From NCBI GenBank assembly GCA_965220875.1, contig OZ244849.1, positions 777,791 through 841,790 of the forward strand: a stretch of 64,000 nt of DNA, written 5' to 3'. Origin of the DNA: Gammaproteobacteria bacterium. GTDB lineage: Bacteria; Pseudomonadota; Gammaproteobacteria; UBA4575. The notes beneath the pieces were generated by a model, which saw only the letters and a list, made by a program, of their open reading frames with translations, was not told the origin of the DNA and made no database searches. Shown here piece by piece: positions 8,381 to 18,611 of the stretch. A program made the position numbers and the translations under genes. The stretch's first letter is position 1. Every line of letters begins with the position of its first letter.

Positions 8381-10663
8381 ATGACACCGAAATCAGGTTC
8401 CAAAACCGCACTCGTACCCAAGCCACTTGAGTTCAACCAGAATCTTTGGCAAAGACGGGCCATCCGGAATTTTCTGGCCCGTTACCTGGTCGGTGCCGGC
8501 GGGATTGCCGTCATCGGTTCGATCATCCTCATATTCGTCTTCCTGTTTGCCGTGGTATTTCCCCTGTTCAAGGGTGCACAGATGCATCGAGTCACGAGTT
8601 ATACCCTGCCTGAGGCGGGCGCCGGGGATACCCTGCTGTATTCGACAGAAGAACAGGCAGAAATCTCCATGCGTCTGGATTCGAAGGGGACGGTACATTT
8701 TTTCTATGTGGATACCGGTACAACCGTACAGAAGGTTGACCTGCTGGCGGATCTTGATGCCAGCGGGATCAGCAGCTGGACCCGAATCAACATCGAAAAC
8801 AACATTATCGGGCTGGGGCTGGACACCGGGCAGCTCCTGGTATTCCGGCACAGTTATGACCTGAGGTACGACGACGATCGTCGGACCATCATCCCCAGAA
8901 TTACCTTTCCGTACGGCGAGTCGCCCATTGATCTGGACTTGGGCGGGCAAGAGCTGATGCATATCGCAGTAGGGGATAACGAAGAGGGCCTGACCGTGTT
9001 CGCCTATACCGAAGACGGCGCGAGCCTGGTGGATTTTGAAAAGGTGTCGTCATTCCTTGATGAAGACGAGCTGGAACTGGAAATGACCAGCCGGGTGAAA
9101 TTGCCTTATGTCGATACTCCGACACGTGCCTTGCTGTCGCCCGAAAGACAATGGCTTTACCTGCTGAACCGGGAGGGTGTGATTTCCTATTATGATGTGC
9201 GTGCCAAGGACAGGCCCGTGCATGTCGAGGATGTCTCGCCGCTGTCCAATGACCGAACGCCTGCCTCGTTCGAGTTCCTGATCGGTGGAATTTCGGTACT
9301 TCTGGGTGATGACCAGGGCAATATCCATCAGCTGTTTCTGGTGCGCGATGACGACGGTATTCATCACCTGGCCGATATCAGGCAGTTCAACAGCGGGGAT
9401 GCGAAGATCTCGAGTATTACAACCGAGCAATTGCGCAAGGGATTCCTGGTCACGGATGATGCGGGCAACGTCTCGATTTTTCACACCACCGCCTCCAGGC
9501 ACCTGCTGAGCGAGGGGATTTCAGATCGCCCCCTCAAGCACCTCAGCATTGCACCGAGAAGCGACAAGATCCTGGTCGAAGACAGCGCCGGTGCGCTGCA
9601 TGTCTGGAAGCTGGACAGTGAACATCCGGAAGCTTCGTTCAGTTCGATCTGGGGCAAGGTCTGGTACGAGAGCTACGAAAAACCGGAGTTCGTATGGCAG
9701 TCGTCCTCTGCATCCAGTGATTTTGAACCCAAGTTCAGCCTGACTCCACTTACCTTTGGAACATTCAAGGCGGCATTCTATGCCATGCTGCTCGCCATGC
9801 CGCTTGCCATATGCGGAGCCATTTTCACGGCCTATTTCATGGCCCCGAGAATGCGGGGTCTTGTCAAGCCGACGATTGAGGTGATGGAGGCGCTGCCTAC
9901 CGTGATTCTCGGGTTTCTCGCAGGTTTGTGGCTGGCACCTTATGTGGAGGCCCACCTGCCAGGAATCTTCGTCTGCCTGCTGGTGATCCCTGTGGGGATG
10001 TTTCTTGCCAGCCTGATCTGGTGGTATGTGCCGGAAAATGTCAAGTTGCTCATCCCGGACGGGTGGCAGGCGGCGCTATTGATTCCCATCGTCCTGATTT
10101 GTGGCTGGATGGCCCTGGCATTGAGCCCCTGGATGGAGAACACGCTGTTCGATGGCAACATGAGAATCTGGATCACCGATACCATGGGAATCGGTTATGA
10201 CCAGAGAAATTCAATCATAATCGGTATTGCAATGGGGTTTGCCGTGATCCCTACCATCTTCTCCATTGCAGAGGATGCGGTGTTCAGCGTACCCAAACAC
10301 CTGACTGCAGGGTCTCTTGCGCTGGGCGCGACTCCCTGGCAATCCCTGGTACGGGTCGTGCTGCCTTCTGCCAGTCCCGGAATCTTTTCAGCAACCATGA
10401 TCGGGCTTGGTCGTGCAGTGGGAGAAACCATGATCGTGCTCATGGCTACCGGAAATACTCCTGTTATGGATTTCAGCATCTTCGAGGGGATGCGCACGCT
10501 TTCTGCCAACGTGGCGGTGGAACTGCCGGAGTCGGAAGTAGACAGCACGCATTTCAGGATACTGTTCCTGGCCGCGCTGGTGCTGTTTGTGTTCACGTTC
10601 TTCTTCAATACCGTGGCGGAGATCGTTCGCCAGCGGTTGAGGGAAAAATACAGCACGCTTTAG
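8381..10663 (+). CDS. pstC: Phosphate ABC transporter permease PstC, long Pseudomonas-type form
   Basis: About 760 aa with a large N-terminal extra-membrane region, then the ABC permease core with the EAA-like loop (...SLALGATPWQSLVRVVLPSASPGIFSATMIGLGRAVGETMIV...). ORF 8333 begins at TTG, and the first ATG is 8381. Confidence 0.88.
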   Translation: MTPKSGSKTALVPKPLEFNQNLWQRRAIRNFLARYLVGAGGIAVIGSIILIFVFLFAVVFPLFKGAQMHRVTSYTLPEAGAGDTLLYSTEEQAEISMRLDSKGTVHFFYVDTGTTVQKVDLLADLDASGISSWTRINIENNIIGLGLDTGQLLVFRHSYDLRYDDDRRTIIPRITFPYGESPIDLDLGGQELMHIAVGDNEEGLTVFAYTEDGASLVDFEKVSSFLDEDELELEMTSRVKLPYVDTPTRALLSPERQWLYLLNREGVISYYDVRAKDRPVHVEDVSPLSNDRTPASFEFLIGGISVLLGDDQGNIHQLFLVRDDDGIHHLADIRQFNSGDAKISSITTEQLRKGFLVTDDAGNVSIFHTTASRHLLSEGISDRPLKHLSIAPRSDKILVEDSAGALHVWKLDSEHPEASFSSIWGKVWYESYEKPEFVWQSSSASSDFEPKFSLTPLTFGTFKAAFYAMLLAMPLAICGAIFTAYFMAPRMRGLVKPTIEVMEALPTVILGFLAGLWLAPYVEAHLPGIFVCLLVIPVGMFLASLIWWYVPENVKLLIPDGWQAALLIPIVLICGWMALALSPWMENTLFDGNMRIWITDTMGIGYDQRNSIIIGIAMGFAVIPTIFSIAEDAVFSVPKHLTAGSLALGATPWQSLVRVVLPSASPGIFSATMIGLGRAVGETMIVLMATGNTPVMDFSIFEGMRTLSANVAVELPESEVDSTHFRILFLAALVLFVFTFFFNTVAEIVRQRLREKYSTL

Positions 10664-10686
10664 GGTACGGTCAGCCAGGTCAACCT

Positions 10687-12369
10687 ATGTCAGCACGCAC
10701 CAACCAGAGCAGTTTCAAGTCATTCATGTCATCCGGGCAGCCCTGGGTATGGATGAATGGAGGGGCTGTGGCCATCAGCATGATCATGGTGGCGGGCCTG
10801 CTCCTGCTGATTGCGATGCGCGGTCTGGGGCATTTCTGGCCCAAGACGGTGTACGAGATCGAATATGACAACGGCACCCGCCTGGTCCAGATTTTGGGCG
10901 AGCGTGTGGAGACCGAGGAGGTGCCCAGAAAACGCATCGTTGAATCCGGAATCAGGATCGACAGCGACGCGGACATGGTTGAGCGCAGCCTGATCAAGGT
11001 CGGCATTCGGGAAGTCCTGGGTGTGGACTTCTTGCTTACTGTGGCCCCCAACGAGAAAAGCGTAAGCGTCCCGGAAGACGTGCTGGTGCTGGAACGCACG
11101 CAATGGGGAAATTTCTATGGCTTTCTGACTGGCGTGAAGGAAAGCGGCAGGACGGTTGATGTAGCAAAGGCGTCCCTGTGGGAGGAAATGCAATTCCGCC
11201 TGCATCGCGTGAAGGAACTGAGGGAACGCATCGAGGAGATCGAAAAAACAAAGATCGGCGCAATCAACTTCCAGCTGGAAAAATTGCGGCTCAAGAAACG
11301 GGGGCTTGAACTGAAAAGCGTGACCGAACGAAAGCCGTATGCACAAATCGAGGCCAAGGAAGACCAGTACACGCGTGATTACGAGGTGTTGAAAGAGGAG
11401 CTGGATAACCTGTACATGGATATCGCACGTGACAGCATCACGGCGCGAGTCATGACCGGGGACGAAGTCGAGATCAAGCTGGCCAACGTGGTCAAGGCCT
11501 ACCGGCCCAACGCGATGAGCCTCAGCGAGAAAATCGTGTTCTACATCAAGACATTCTGGGGCTTCATTTCTGACGACCCGCGCGAAGCGAATACGGAAGG
11601 CGGCATATTCCCGGCCATTTTCGGCACGGTCGTGATGGTATTGCTGATGTCGATCATCGTCACCCCGTTTGGTGTCATTGCCGCGATATACCTGAGGGAA
11701 TACGCACACCAGGGTTTGATTACGCGCCTGGTGAGAATTTCGGTCAATAATCTCGCCGGGGTACCGTCCATTGTGTACGGGGTGTTCGGACTGGGCTTTT
11801 TCGTGTACGTGGTTGGCGGCACGATCGACGAACTGTTCTACCGCGAAGCCCTGCCGTCCCCGACCTTCGGTTCCGGGGGTGTACTCTGGGCCTCCCTGAC
11901 CCTGGCGCTGTTGACCGTTCCGGTGGTCATTGTCGCCACGGAAGAGGGGTTATCGCGCATACCGCGGTCAATTCGCGAGGGTTCGCTGGCGCTGGGGGCG
12001 ACGAAGGCCGAGACACTCTGGCGCACGGTTCTGCCCATGGCAAGTCCTGCCATGATGACTGGTCTGATTCTTGCTGTGGCGCGTGCGGCCGGTGAGGTGG
12101 CACCCCTGATGCTTGTGGGTGCTGTCAAGCTCGCGCCCTCGTTGCCGATCGACGCGAATGTGCCGTTTGTTCACCTCGAACGCAAGTTCATGCATCTGGG
12201 TTTCCATATCTATGACGTGGGTTTCCAGAGCCCGAATGTCGAAGCTGCCCGCCCGCTGGTTTATGCAACCGCTTTGATACTGGTGGCAGTGATTGTTATT
12301 CTGAACATATCTGCAATATATATCCGCAATCACCTGCGGGAAAAATACAGAAACCTGGAAGAACACTAG
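10687..12369 (+). CDS. pstA: Phosphate ABC transporter permease PstA, long form
   Basis: 560 aa with an ABC permease core (...SLALGATKAETLWRTVLPMASPAMMTGLILAVARAAGEVAPLMLVG...). Confidence 0.9.
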   Translation: MSARTNQSSFKSFMSSGQPWVWMNGGAVAISMIMVAGLLLLIAMRGLGHFWPKTVYEIEYDNGTRLVQILGERVETEEVPRKRIVESGIRIDSDADMVERSLIKVGIREVLGVDFLLTVAPNEKSVSVPEDVLVLERTQWGNFYGFLTGVKESGRTVDVAKASLWEEMQFRLHRVKELRERIEEIEKTKIGAINFQLEKLRLKKRGLELKSVTERKPYAQIEAKEDQYTRDYEVLKEELDNLYMDIARDSITARVMTGDEVEIKLANVVKAYRPNAMSLSEKIVFYIKTFWGFISDDPREANTEGGIFPAIFGTVVMVLLMSIIVTPFGVIAAIYLREYAHQGLITRLVRISVNNLAGVPSIVYGVFGLGFFVYVVGGTIDELFYREALPSPTFGSGGVLWASLTLALLTVPVVIVATEEGLSRIPRSIREGSLALGATKAETLWRTVLPMASPAMMTGLILAVARAAGEVAPLMLVGAVKLAPSLPIDANVPFVHLERKFMHLGFHIYDVGFQSPNVEAARPLVYATALILVAVIVILNISAIYIRNHLREKYRNLEEH

Positions 12370-12412
12370 GTCCTTGTACTGCAGAGCAAAATTGAACGGG
12401 AGTTGAGGAATT

Positions 12413-13237
12413 ATGACTATGGCGGCACCACAAATCTCGGAAGACGTGCTTCTTCACCGGGCAAGCCCGAAACTGGAAGAGGAAAAGACCTGCTTTGAAT
12501 GCAAGGATTTCAGCCTCTATTACGGATCCGCGCAGGCCCTGAAGAAAATCAACATGCTGGTTCCCGAGAAAAGGGTGACGGCGTTCATCGGTCCCAGCGG
12601 TTGCGGAAAATCCACGCTGCTGCGCTGCATGAACCGCATGAATGACCTGATCGACATTGTCCGGCTGGAAGGCGAACTGATGCTTTATGGAAAGGACATC
12701 AACAAGAAATCGGTCAATGTGGCGGAGTTGCGCCGCAAGGTGGGCATGGTGTTTCAAAAACCCAATCCCTTTCCGAAAACCGTCTACGAAAATGTGGCCT
12801 ACGGGCTGCGGCTGCAGGGTGTGAACAAGAAACGGGTACTCGACGAGCGGGTCGAATGGGCGCTGAAGGGTGCCGCGTTGTGGGACGAGGTCAAGGACCG
12901 CCTGCAGGACAATGCGCTGGGCCTGTCGGGAGGGCAGCAGCAGCGCCTGGTGATTGCACGGGCCATCGCAATCCAGCCAGAAGTGATCCTGCTGGATGAA
13001 CCGGCTTCTGCGCTGGACCCCATTTCCACGCTGAAGATCGAAGAACTGATCATCCAGCTGAAGGCGAACTACACCGTCGTCATCGTCACTCACAACATGC
13101 AACAGGCCGCCCGGGTTTCGGATTACACGGCCTTCATGTACCTGGGAGAACTCGTCGAGTTCGGTGCAACCGACCAGTTGTTCACCAACCCGACCGAAAA
13201 GCAGACTGAAGACTACATCACGGGCCGCTACGGCTAA
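12413..13237 (+). CDS. pstB: Phosphate ABC transporter ATP-binding protein PstB
   Basis: Walker [13 protein letters not shown] signature [14 protein letters not shown], Walker B ILLDEP. RBS GAGG. Alternative ATG at 12419. Confidence 0.95.
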   Translation: MTMAAPQISEDVLLHRASPKLEEEKTCFECKDFSLYYGSAQALKKINMLVPEKRVTAFIGPSGCGKSTLLRCMNRMNDLIDIVRLEGELMLYGKDINKKSVNVAELRRKVGMVFQKPNPFPKTVYENVAYGLRLQGVNKKRVLDERVEWALKGAALWDEVKDRLQDNALGLSGGQQQRLVIARAIAIQPEVILLDEPASALDPISTLKIEELIIQLKANYTVVIVTHNMQQAARVSDYTAFMYLGELVEFGATDQLFTNPTEKQTEDYITGRYG

Positions 13238-13264
13238 TCACGCTCGGATCATTTGGAGCATCAC

Positions 13265-13990
13265 ATGGTATTTCAGGACATCGGACAACATATATCTCAC
13301 CAGTTCGACGAGGATTTGGAATCCTTGCGCAGCAAGGCACTGAACATGGGAGGCATGGTCGAGAAACAGGTTGAAAACGCGCTGGCGGCACTGACACGTG
13401 CGGACAGCAGCCTTGCGGAAGACGTGGCGACCAGTGACTACCGCATCAACTCGATGGAGGTCGCGATTGACGAGGAGTGCGCGCATGTGATTGCACGAAG
13501 GCAGCCGGCTGCCAGTGACCTGCGTCTGGTGATCGCAATATTCAAGACCATCACGGACCTGGAAAGGATCGGGGACGAGGCGGAAAAGATCGGCAGACAT
13601 GCCGTGAAACTCGCAGCGGTGGAACGCACACCCGCCTATTTCATGGAACTCAGGCACCTTGGAGACCAGGTCTGCAAGATGCTGCACGATTGCCTCGATG
13701 CCCTAGCGCGCATGGATATCGAGAGTGCACTCGCGATTGCAGAGGGGGACAGGGCGATCAACGATGAATACGATTCGCTGACCCGTCAGCTGATTACCCA
13801 CATGATGGAAGACCCCCGTACCATTAAACGTTCACTTCGCGTCATGTGGTGTGCGCGTTCGCTGGAACGTATCGGAGACCATGCGAAAAACATCTGTGAG
13901 TACGTGATCTATACCGTGGCCGGGAAAGATATCCGGCACACCAGTTTTGACCAGGTCAAGGCCGAGCTGAGCGATATTAACGACAACTAG
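13265..13990 (+). CDS. phoU: Phosphate signalling complex protein PhoU
   Basis: 241 aa, the same length as E. coli PhoU, with two PhoU repeats (DxxxDxxE-like: ITDLERIGDEAEKI, ARSLERIGDHAKNI). GGAG RBS 7 nt upstream. ORF 13253 begins at TTG. Confidence 0.92.
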   Translation: MVFQDIGQHISHQFDEDLESLRSKALNMGGMVEKQVENALAALTRADSSLAEDVATSDYRINSMEVAIDEECAHVIARRQPAASDLRLVIAIFKTITDLERIGDEAEKIGRHAVKLAAVERTPAYFMELRHLGDQVCKMLHDCLDALARMDIESALAIAEGDRAINDEYDSLTRQLITHMMEDPRTIKRSLRVMWCARSLERIGDHAKNICEYVIYTVAGKDIRHTSFDQVKAELSDINDN

Positions 13991-14245
13991 CCCGTTCGGG
14001 GGGCGCCTGCGGGTCCGGGAACCCGGATCCTGTGGTTTTCTCATCGATACAGCACCCGGCATACTTGATTGCTACCCTGCACTATTGTTACCCTTCACGG
14101 GTCATGCTCAGGAATTCTCGACGCGGTCGAGCAGCACTGCGGCTGTATTGGCTCTCGTCGAATCCGCTTTTGAGCAATAAAACTAGAGGCCTAACGAGGT
14201 GAAAAGCCCAAGACAACGTGGAATACACTAAGGAGTGACATTGAA

Positions 14246-14437
14246 ATGCGTAGATTAATTCTTGTTTTGTTCGCTTCTGCACTACTGGTTGCCTGCAGCG
14301 GTGAAAAATCTGAAGAATCTGTGGAAACAGATGATACCAGTGCTGCTTCTACAGCCCAGGACAAGGTAAGCGACAGCGAGTACGCAAAAAAATACGGGGC
14401 TGCAATGAAGCAGGCCATGAGCGAGAAGGAAGAATAA
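14246..14437 (+). CDS. Small acidic lipoprotein, hypothetical
   Basis: 63 aa. Strong RBS AAGGAG. Signal peptide with lipobox MRRLILVLFASALLVAC|SGE. Confidence 0.55.
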   Translation: MRRLILVLFASALLVACSGEKSEESVETDDTSAASTAQDKVSDSEYAKKYGAAMKQAMSEKEE

Positions 14438-14465
14438 CAGCTTGGCCTGCATGACGGGGTTCAGA

Positions 14466-14498
14466 CCTGCCTGCAGGTGATTACCAGCCAGGCTTTTT
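14466..14498 (+). terminator. Candidate rho-independent terminator after the small lipoprotein gene
   Basis: cctGCCTGcaggtgattaccagcCAGGCttttt: a GC stem followed by a TTTTT run. Confidence 0.4.
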
Positions 14499-14697
14499 AA
14501 TATATTTGGGGCCGGAGCAGGGTTCAGGGCTGCGCCGTATCTGCAGCAGCCTACTACACTACGTACGGACGGGCCTCCCCGGCCCGTGTTGCGTCGAATC
14601 TATTGAATCATGCCGGGATTTGTACCGGGTCTACGGTGTCCTGCAGGGTATGGTTCGGGCGCAAGGCTGAATGATCCGCAGGCAGGGCTGGCGGACT

Positions 14698-15333
14698 ATG
14701 AGCAAGAGCACACTATTTATCGTCTCGGGGCCTTCCGGGTCAGGAAAAACCAGCCTGGTTAAGGCGCTTACCGGAAAAACCCCGGGTTTGGAGGTTTCGG
14801 TCTCGCATACAACCCGTCCAAGACGTCCCGGTGAAGTGTCTGGCAAGCATTACCATTTTACGAGTCTCGAAGAGTTCGAGGAGATGGTGAAAAACGGAGA
14901 ATTTCTGGAACATGCCGAGGTTTTTGGCAGTTTTTACGGAACTTCCCGGGTCTCGCTGCAGCAGCAGCTGGATGAGGGCCTGCGGGTCATACTGGAAATT
15001 GACTGGCAGGGAGCAAGGCAGGCCCGCCAGCAGCTGGGTGATGTTTCTTCGATATTCATCCTGCCGCCTTCAAGAGCAGAACTTGAGAAGCGCCTGCGGC
15101 TCAGGGGACAGGACAGCGACGATACGATATCGGGCAGAATGCGCAAGGCTGAAAGTGAAATCAGCCACTACGGCGAGTTTGACTATGTGGTGCTGAATGA
15201 TGAATTTGATCGTGCCCTGGCAGAACTCGAGTGCATCGTTTCAGATCCGGACGGCTACCGGCCCCTGGAAGAAGACACATTACGTTCCCTGACCGAGGGG
15301 TTACAGGGAGGCGTGCTGGAAGCCGGAAGGTAA
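14698..15333 (+). CDS. gmk: Guanylate kinase
   Basis: Starts [19 protein letters not shown] (P-loop). 211 aa. It is followed by rpoZ-spoT as in E. coli and Pseudomonas. Confidence 0.92.
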   Translation: MSKSTLFIVSGPSGSGKTSLVKALTGKTPGLEVSVSHTTRPRRPGEVSGKHYHFTSLEEFEEMVKNGEFLEHAEVFGSFYGTSRVSLQQQLDEGLRVILEIDWQGARQARQQLGDVSSIFILPPSRAELEKRLRLRGQDSDDTISGRMRKAESEISHYGEFDYVVLNDEFDRALAELECIVSDPDGYRPLEEDTLRSLTEGLQGGVLEAGR

Positions 15334-15383
15334 ATTCGTTACACTCGGCGCATCGGGAGATCAGATTCGATCAGGAGTACAGG

Positions 15384-15935
15384 ATGGCTCGGATAACAGT
15401 GGAAGACTGCCTGGAACACGTGGAAAACCGCTTCAAGCTGGTGTTGCTGGCAAGCAAGCGCGCACGCCAGCTCGCACGGGGCGTGGAGCCCCTGCTGCCT
15501 TGGGAGAATGACAAGCCTACTGTGGTGGCATTGCGCGAGATCGCTGGCAACCTGGTCAATGAGGAGATGATGCGCCAGTCTACGGCCGCGCAGGCAGAAG
15601 GCGAGGGAGCCGAGCTTGTAGAAGACGAGCTGGCAGCCCTGTACAGCGAGATCAGTCGTGAAATGAGTCAGGCAGGATTTGACAACGATCGCAAACAGGA
15701 AACTCCGGAAGAACCCGGAAAAGTTTTCAGGCAGGGCATGAATCCTCCCGATGAGCAGGGAGACGAGCAGGGAGACGGGACCGAGGATCGCGCAAGCGAT
15801 CAGCCGCCCGCTCCGGATTCCGGAATGTGGAACTCAAGCTGGCAGCTACTGGACTCTCCGGATGCGCCCAAGGAGGCCGGCTCAGGTGAATCTGCAAGAC
15901 CGGATCCATCGTCTGAAGAGGAACAGGGGCGCTAG
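15384..15935 (+). CDS. rpoZ: DNA-directed RNA polymerase omega subunit with a long acidic C-terminal extension
   Basis: [30 protein letters not shown]... aligns with omega residues 1 to about 90. An extra low-complexity tail of about 90 aa (Asp/Glu/Pro/Gly-rich) follows. AGGAG RBS. Total 183 aa. Confidence 0.8.
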   Translation: MARITVEDCLEHVENRFKLVLLASKRARQLARGVEPLLPWENDKPTVVALREIAGNLVNEEMMRQSTAAQAEGEGAELVEDELAALYSEISREMSQAGFDNDRKQETPEEPGKVFRQGMNPPDEQGDEQGDGTEDRASDQPPAPDSGMWNSSWQLLDSPDAPKEAGSGESARPDPSSEEEQGR

Positions 15936-15962
15936 GTGACCCGGTAGACCTTTGCTTCACCA

Positions 15963-18134
15963 ATGGCTAGTGTTGCAGAATCCGCTAGCGAAAAACTCGT
16001 TGCAAACTTACCGTCGCGGTTCTTGATCAGTGACCTGTGTGCGTTGCTGGAAACGTACCTGGAACCGCAACCCATAAAGAACGTATATCACGCCTACCTG
16101 TTCAGCGCCGCCGCACATGAGGGCCAGACTCGCCTTACCGGAGAGCCCTACATCTATCATCCGCTGGCCGTGGCCAGGATCCTGGCCGGGATGCATATGG
16201 ATGCACAAACGATCACCGCTGCGATTCTTCATGACGTCATCGAGGACACGGAAACTGCCAAGGACCAGATTACCGACGAATTTGGCAAGGACGTAGCCAA
16301 TCTGGTCGATGGGGTCAGCAAGCTTACCCATCTGGAGTTCGAGTCAAAGCAGGAAGCCCAGGCGGAAAATTTCAGGAAAATGATGCTCGCCTTTGCAAAG
16401 GATATCCGTGTCATCATCATCAAGTTGTCCGACCGTTTGCACAACATGCGCACGATCAGCGTGATGTCCGTGGCCAAGCGCAAGCGAATCGCCCGTGAAA
16501 CGCTGGACATCTATGCGCCAATCGCCATGCGGCTGGGGATGTCGGAACTGTGCATGGAACTGGAGGAGCTTTCGTTTCAGACGCTGTGGCCTCACCGTTT
16601 CGAGGTGTTGCGTGATGCCGTAAGGCGCACGAACGTAAACCGCAAGAAACTGCTGCAGGAGGTGGAAAAGAAGATCTGCGAAAAACTGGAAAGGGCGGAT
16701 ATTGTCAGCCGGATTCACGGGCGCGAAAAAAACACGTACAGCATCTACCGGAAAATGAAAGAGAAGCGCCTGCAGTTCTCGGAGGTGTTTGATGTGTTCG
16801 GGTTCCGGATTGTCGTGGAAGACGTGGATACGTGTTATCGGGTGATCGGTGTGATCCATAACCTGTACAAGCCGGTTCCGGGCAAGTTCAAGGACTACAT
16901 AGCCATTCCCAAGAAGAACGCCTATCAGTCGCTGCATACCGTTCTGTTCGGACCCAGGGGAATTCCAATCGAGGTGCAGGTACGTTCCGAGGAGATGGAC
17001 CAGGTCGCACAGTCCGGGATTGCGGCACACTGGATGTACAAGGGCAGCAAGCTGGATCATGCCGCGCCCCACACCCGCACCCGCGAATGGCTCAAGTCCG
17101 TATCGGAAATGCAGCACAGCTCAGGCAGTTCGCTTGAATTTCTCGAGAGTGTGAAGATCGACCTGTTTTACGATGAGATCTACGTGTTCACGCCGAGAGG
17201 GGACATCATGGAATTGCCGACCAATGCCACGGCAGTGGATTTTGCCTATGCGGTGCATTCGGATATCGGGAATCACTGTGTGGCAGCGCGGATCAACCGC
17301 AGGCTGGAACCCCTGAACACGGTTCTGGAGAATGGACAGACTATCGACATCATCACTTCACCCGATGCTCATCCGAACCCGGCCTGGCTGAATTTCATCG
17401 TTACCGCCAAGGCACGAACGAATATCCGAAGCTACCTCAAGAATCTGCAGAGAGAGGAAGCGCGCGCGCTGGGCAGGCGGCTGCTGGACCAGGCACTGCA
17501 GGCCTACGGGAAATCTTGGGAGGACGTCGGCAAACGGGACCTCGCCCATCTGCTCAAGGAGCTGCAGCTGGAATCCGAGCAGCAACTGTTTGAAGAGGTG
17601 GGCCTGGGGGACCGCATGGCACCGTTCGTGATCAAGTATCTGGTCTCCCTGCGTGAGCGGTGGATCCGTCTGCGCCGCAGAAGTGACCGGAAAAGCCCTC
17701 TGGCAATTCGTGGCACGGAAGGCATGGTGGTGACCTACGGAAAATGCTGTCATCCCATCCCCGGCGATCCGGTGGTCGGCGTGATGACCTCGGGCCGGGG
17801 TCTGGTCGTGCACTATGTGAAGTGCCGGAATATCTCGAGGAGCAGATTGCAAAGCAGGGACAAGTGGATCCATGTCTACTGGAGCAGCACCCAGTCCAGC
17901 GAGTTTACAGCCGGCATCAGCATCAAGACGGCCGACGAGCCGGGCGTGCTGGCCGTGGTGGCGGCAAAGATCTCCGAGGAAGGCTCCAATATTGAAAACA
18001 TCATGATGGATGAAAAACACGGTGAAACGACCACCATTACTGTCCTGCTCACGGTCAAGGATCGTGATCATCTGGCCCGTATCATCCGGGCCGTGCGCAA
18101 TACACCGAAAATCTACAAGGTCAAACGTATTTGA
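15963..18134 (+). CDS. spoT: Bifunctional (p)ppGpp synthetase/hydrolase, RelA/SpoT family
   Basis: 723 aa with an HD hydrolase domain (HPLAVARILAGMHMD...HDVIEDT), a synthetase domain, and TGS and ACT domains. It is in the gmk-rpoZ-spoT context. Confidence 0.92.
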   Translation: MASVAESASEKLVANLPSRFLISDLCALLETYLEPQPIKNVYHAYLFSAAAHEGQTRLTGEPYIYHPLAVARILAGMHMDAQTITAAILHDVIEDTETAKDQITDEFGKDVANLVDGVSKLTHLEFESKQEAQAENFRKMMLAFAKDIRVIIIKLSDRLHNMRTISVMSVAKRKRIARETLDIYAPIAMRLGMSELCMELEELSFQTLWPHRFEVLRDAVRRTNVNRKKLLQEVEKKICEKLERADIVSRIHGREKNTYSIYRKMKEKRLQFSEVFDVFGFRIVVEDVDTCYRVIGVIHNLYKPVPGKFKDYIAIPKKNAYQSLHTVLFGPRGIPIEVQVRSEEMDQVAQSGIAAHWMYKGSKLDHAAPHTRTREWLKSVSEMQHSSGSSLEFLESVKIDLFYDEIYVFTPRGDIMELPTNATAVDFAYAVHSDIGNHCVAARINRRLEPLNTVLENGQTIDIITSPDAHPNPAWLNFIVTAKARTNIRSYLKNLQREEARALGRRLLDQALQAYGKSWEDVGKRDLAHLLKELQLESEQQLFEEVGLGDRMAPFVIKYLVSLRERWIRLRRRSDRKSPLAIRGTEGMVVTYGKCCHPIPGDPVVGVMTSGRGLVVHYVKCRNISRSRLQSRDKWIHVYWSSTQSSEFTAGISIKTADEPGVLAVVAAKISEEGSNIENIMMDEKHGETTTITVLLTVKDRDHLARIIRAVRNTPKIYKVKRI

Positions 18135-18149
18135 AAAGGAGATGTACAC

Positions 18150-18533
18150 ATGGTCCGCGAGATAATTGCAACCGAGCATGCACCCCAGGCCATAGGCACC
18201 TATTCGCAGGCAGTCAGGGCAGGCAGCACTGTCTACCTGTCCGGGCAGATCCCGCTGGACCCGGCATCCATGCAGCTCGTGGCCCAGGACATGCGGGCAC
18301 AGGTCTGTCAGGTATTGGACAATCTCAAGGCCGTGGCCCAGGCAGCTGGCGGTGACCTGGATCAAGTTGTGAAGCTGACCGTATTCCTGACCGATCTGGC
18401 CCATTTCCCCCTGGTCAACGAGGTCATGCAGGAATACTTCACTCGACCCTATCCCGCACGTGCCGCCGTTGGTGTGGCAGCATTGCCCAAGGATGCAGGA
18501 GTTGAAATGGATGCCATCATGAAGCTCGATTGA
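18150..18533 (+). CDS. ridA: RidA/YjgF family reactive-intermediate deaminase
   Basis: 127 aa, starting [22 protein letters not shown]... RBS AAAAGGAG. Confidence 0.9.
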   Translation: MVREIIATEHAPQAIGTYSQAVRAGSTVYLSGQIPLDPASMQLVAQDMRAQVCQVLDNLKAVAQAAGGDLDQVVKLTVFLTDLAHFPLVNEVMQEYFTRPYPARAAVGVAALPKDAGVEMDAIMKLD

Positions 18534-18611
18534 AAGCAAGGTGCCAAGGCCAGCCCATCAAATCCATCCGTTTCGTGAATGAACCTGAATGAACACCCCT
18601 TGAGAGGGGAC

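Noticed and set aside
10729-11709. Long antisense ORFs inside pstA, pstB, spoT, recG, hslU, ubiB, polA and the mrp genes (for example 10729..11709, 12296..13102, 17358..18539, 19659..20339, 21265..22347, 26999..28057, 41659..42621, 44659..45924)
   Set aside because: They are Arg/His/Cys/Gln-rich, as is typical of the reverse frame of high-GC coding DNA, and they lack RBSs. Each is entirely contained within a gene that has an unambiguous homology-based identity on the other strand.
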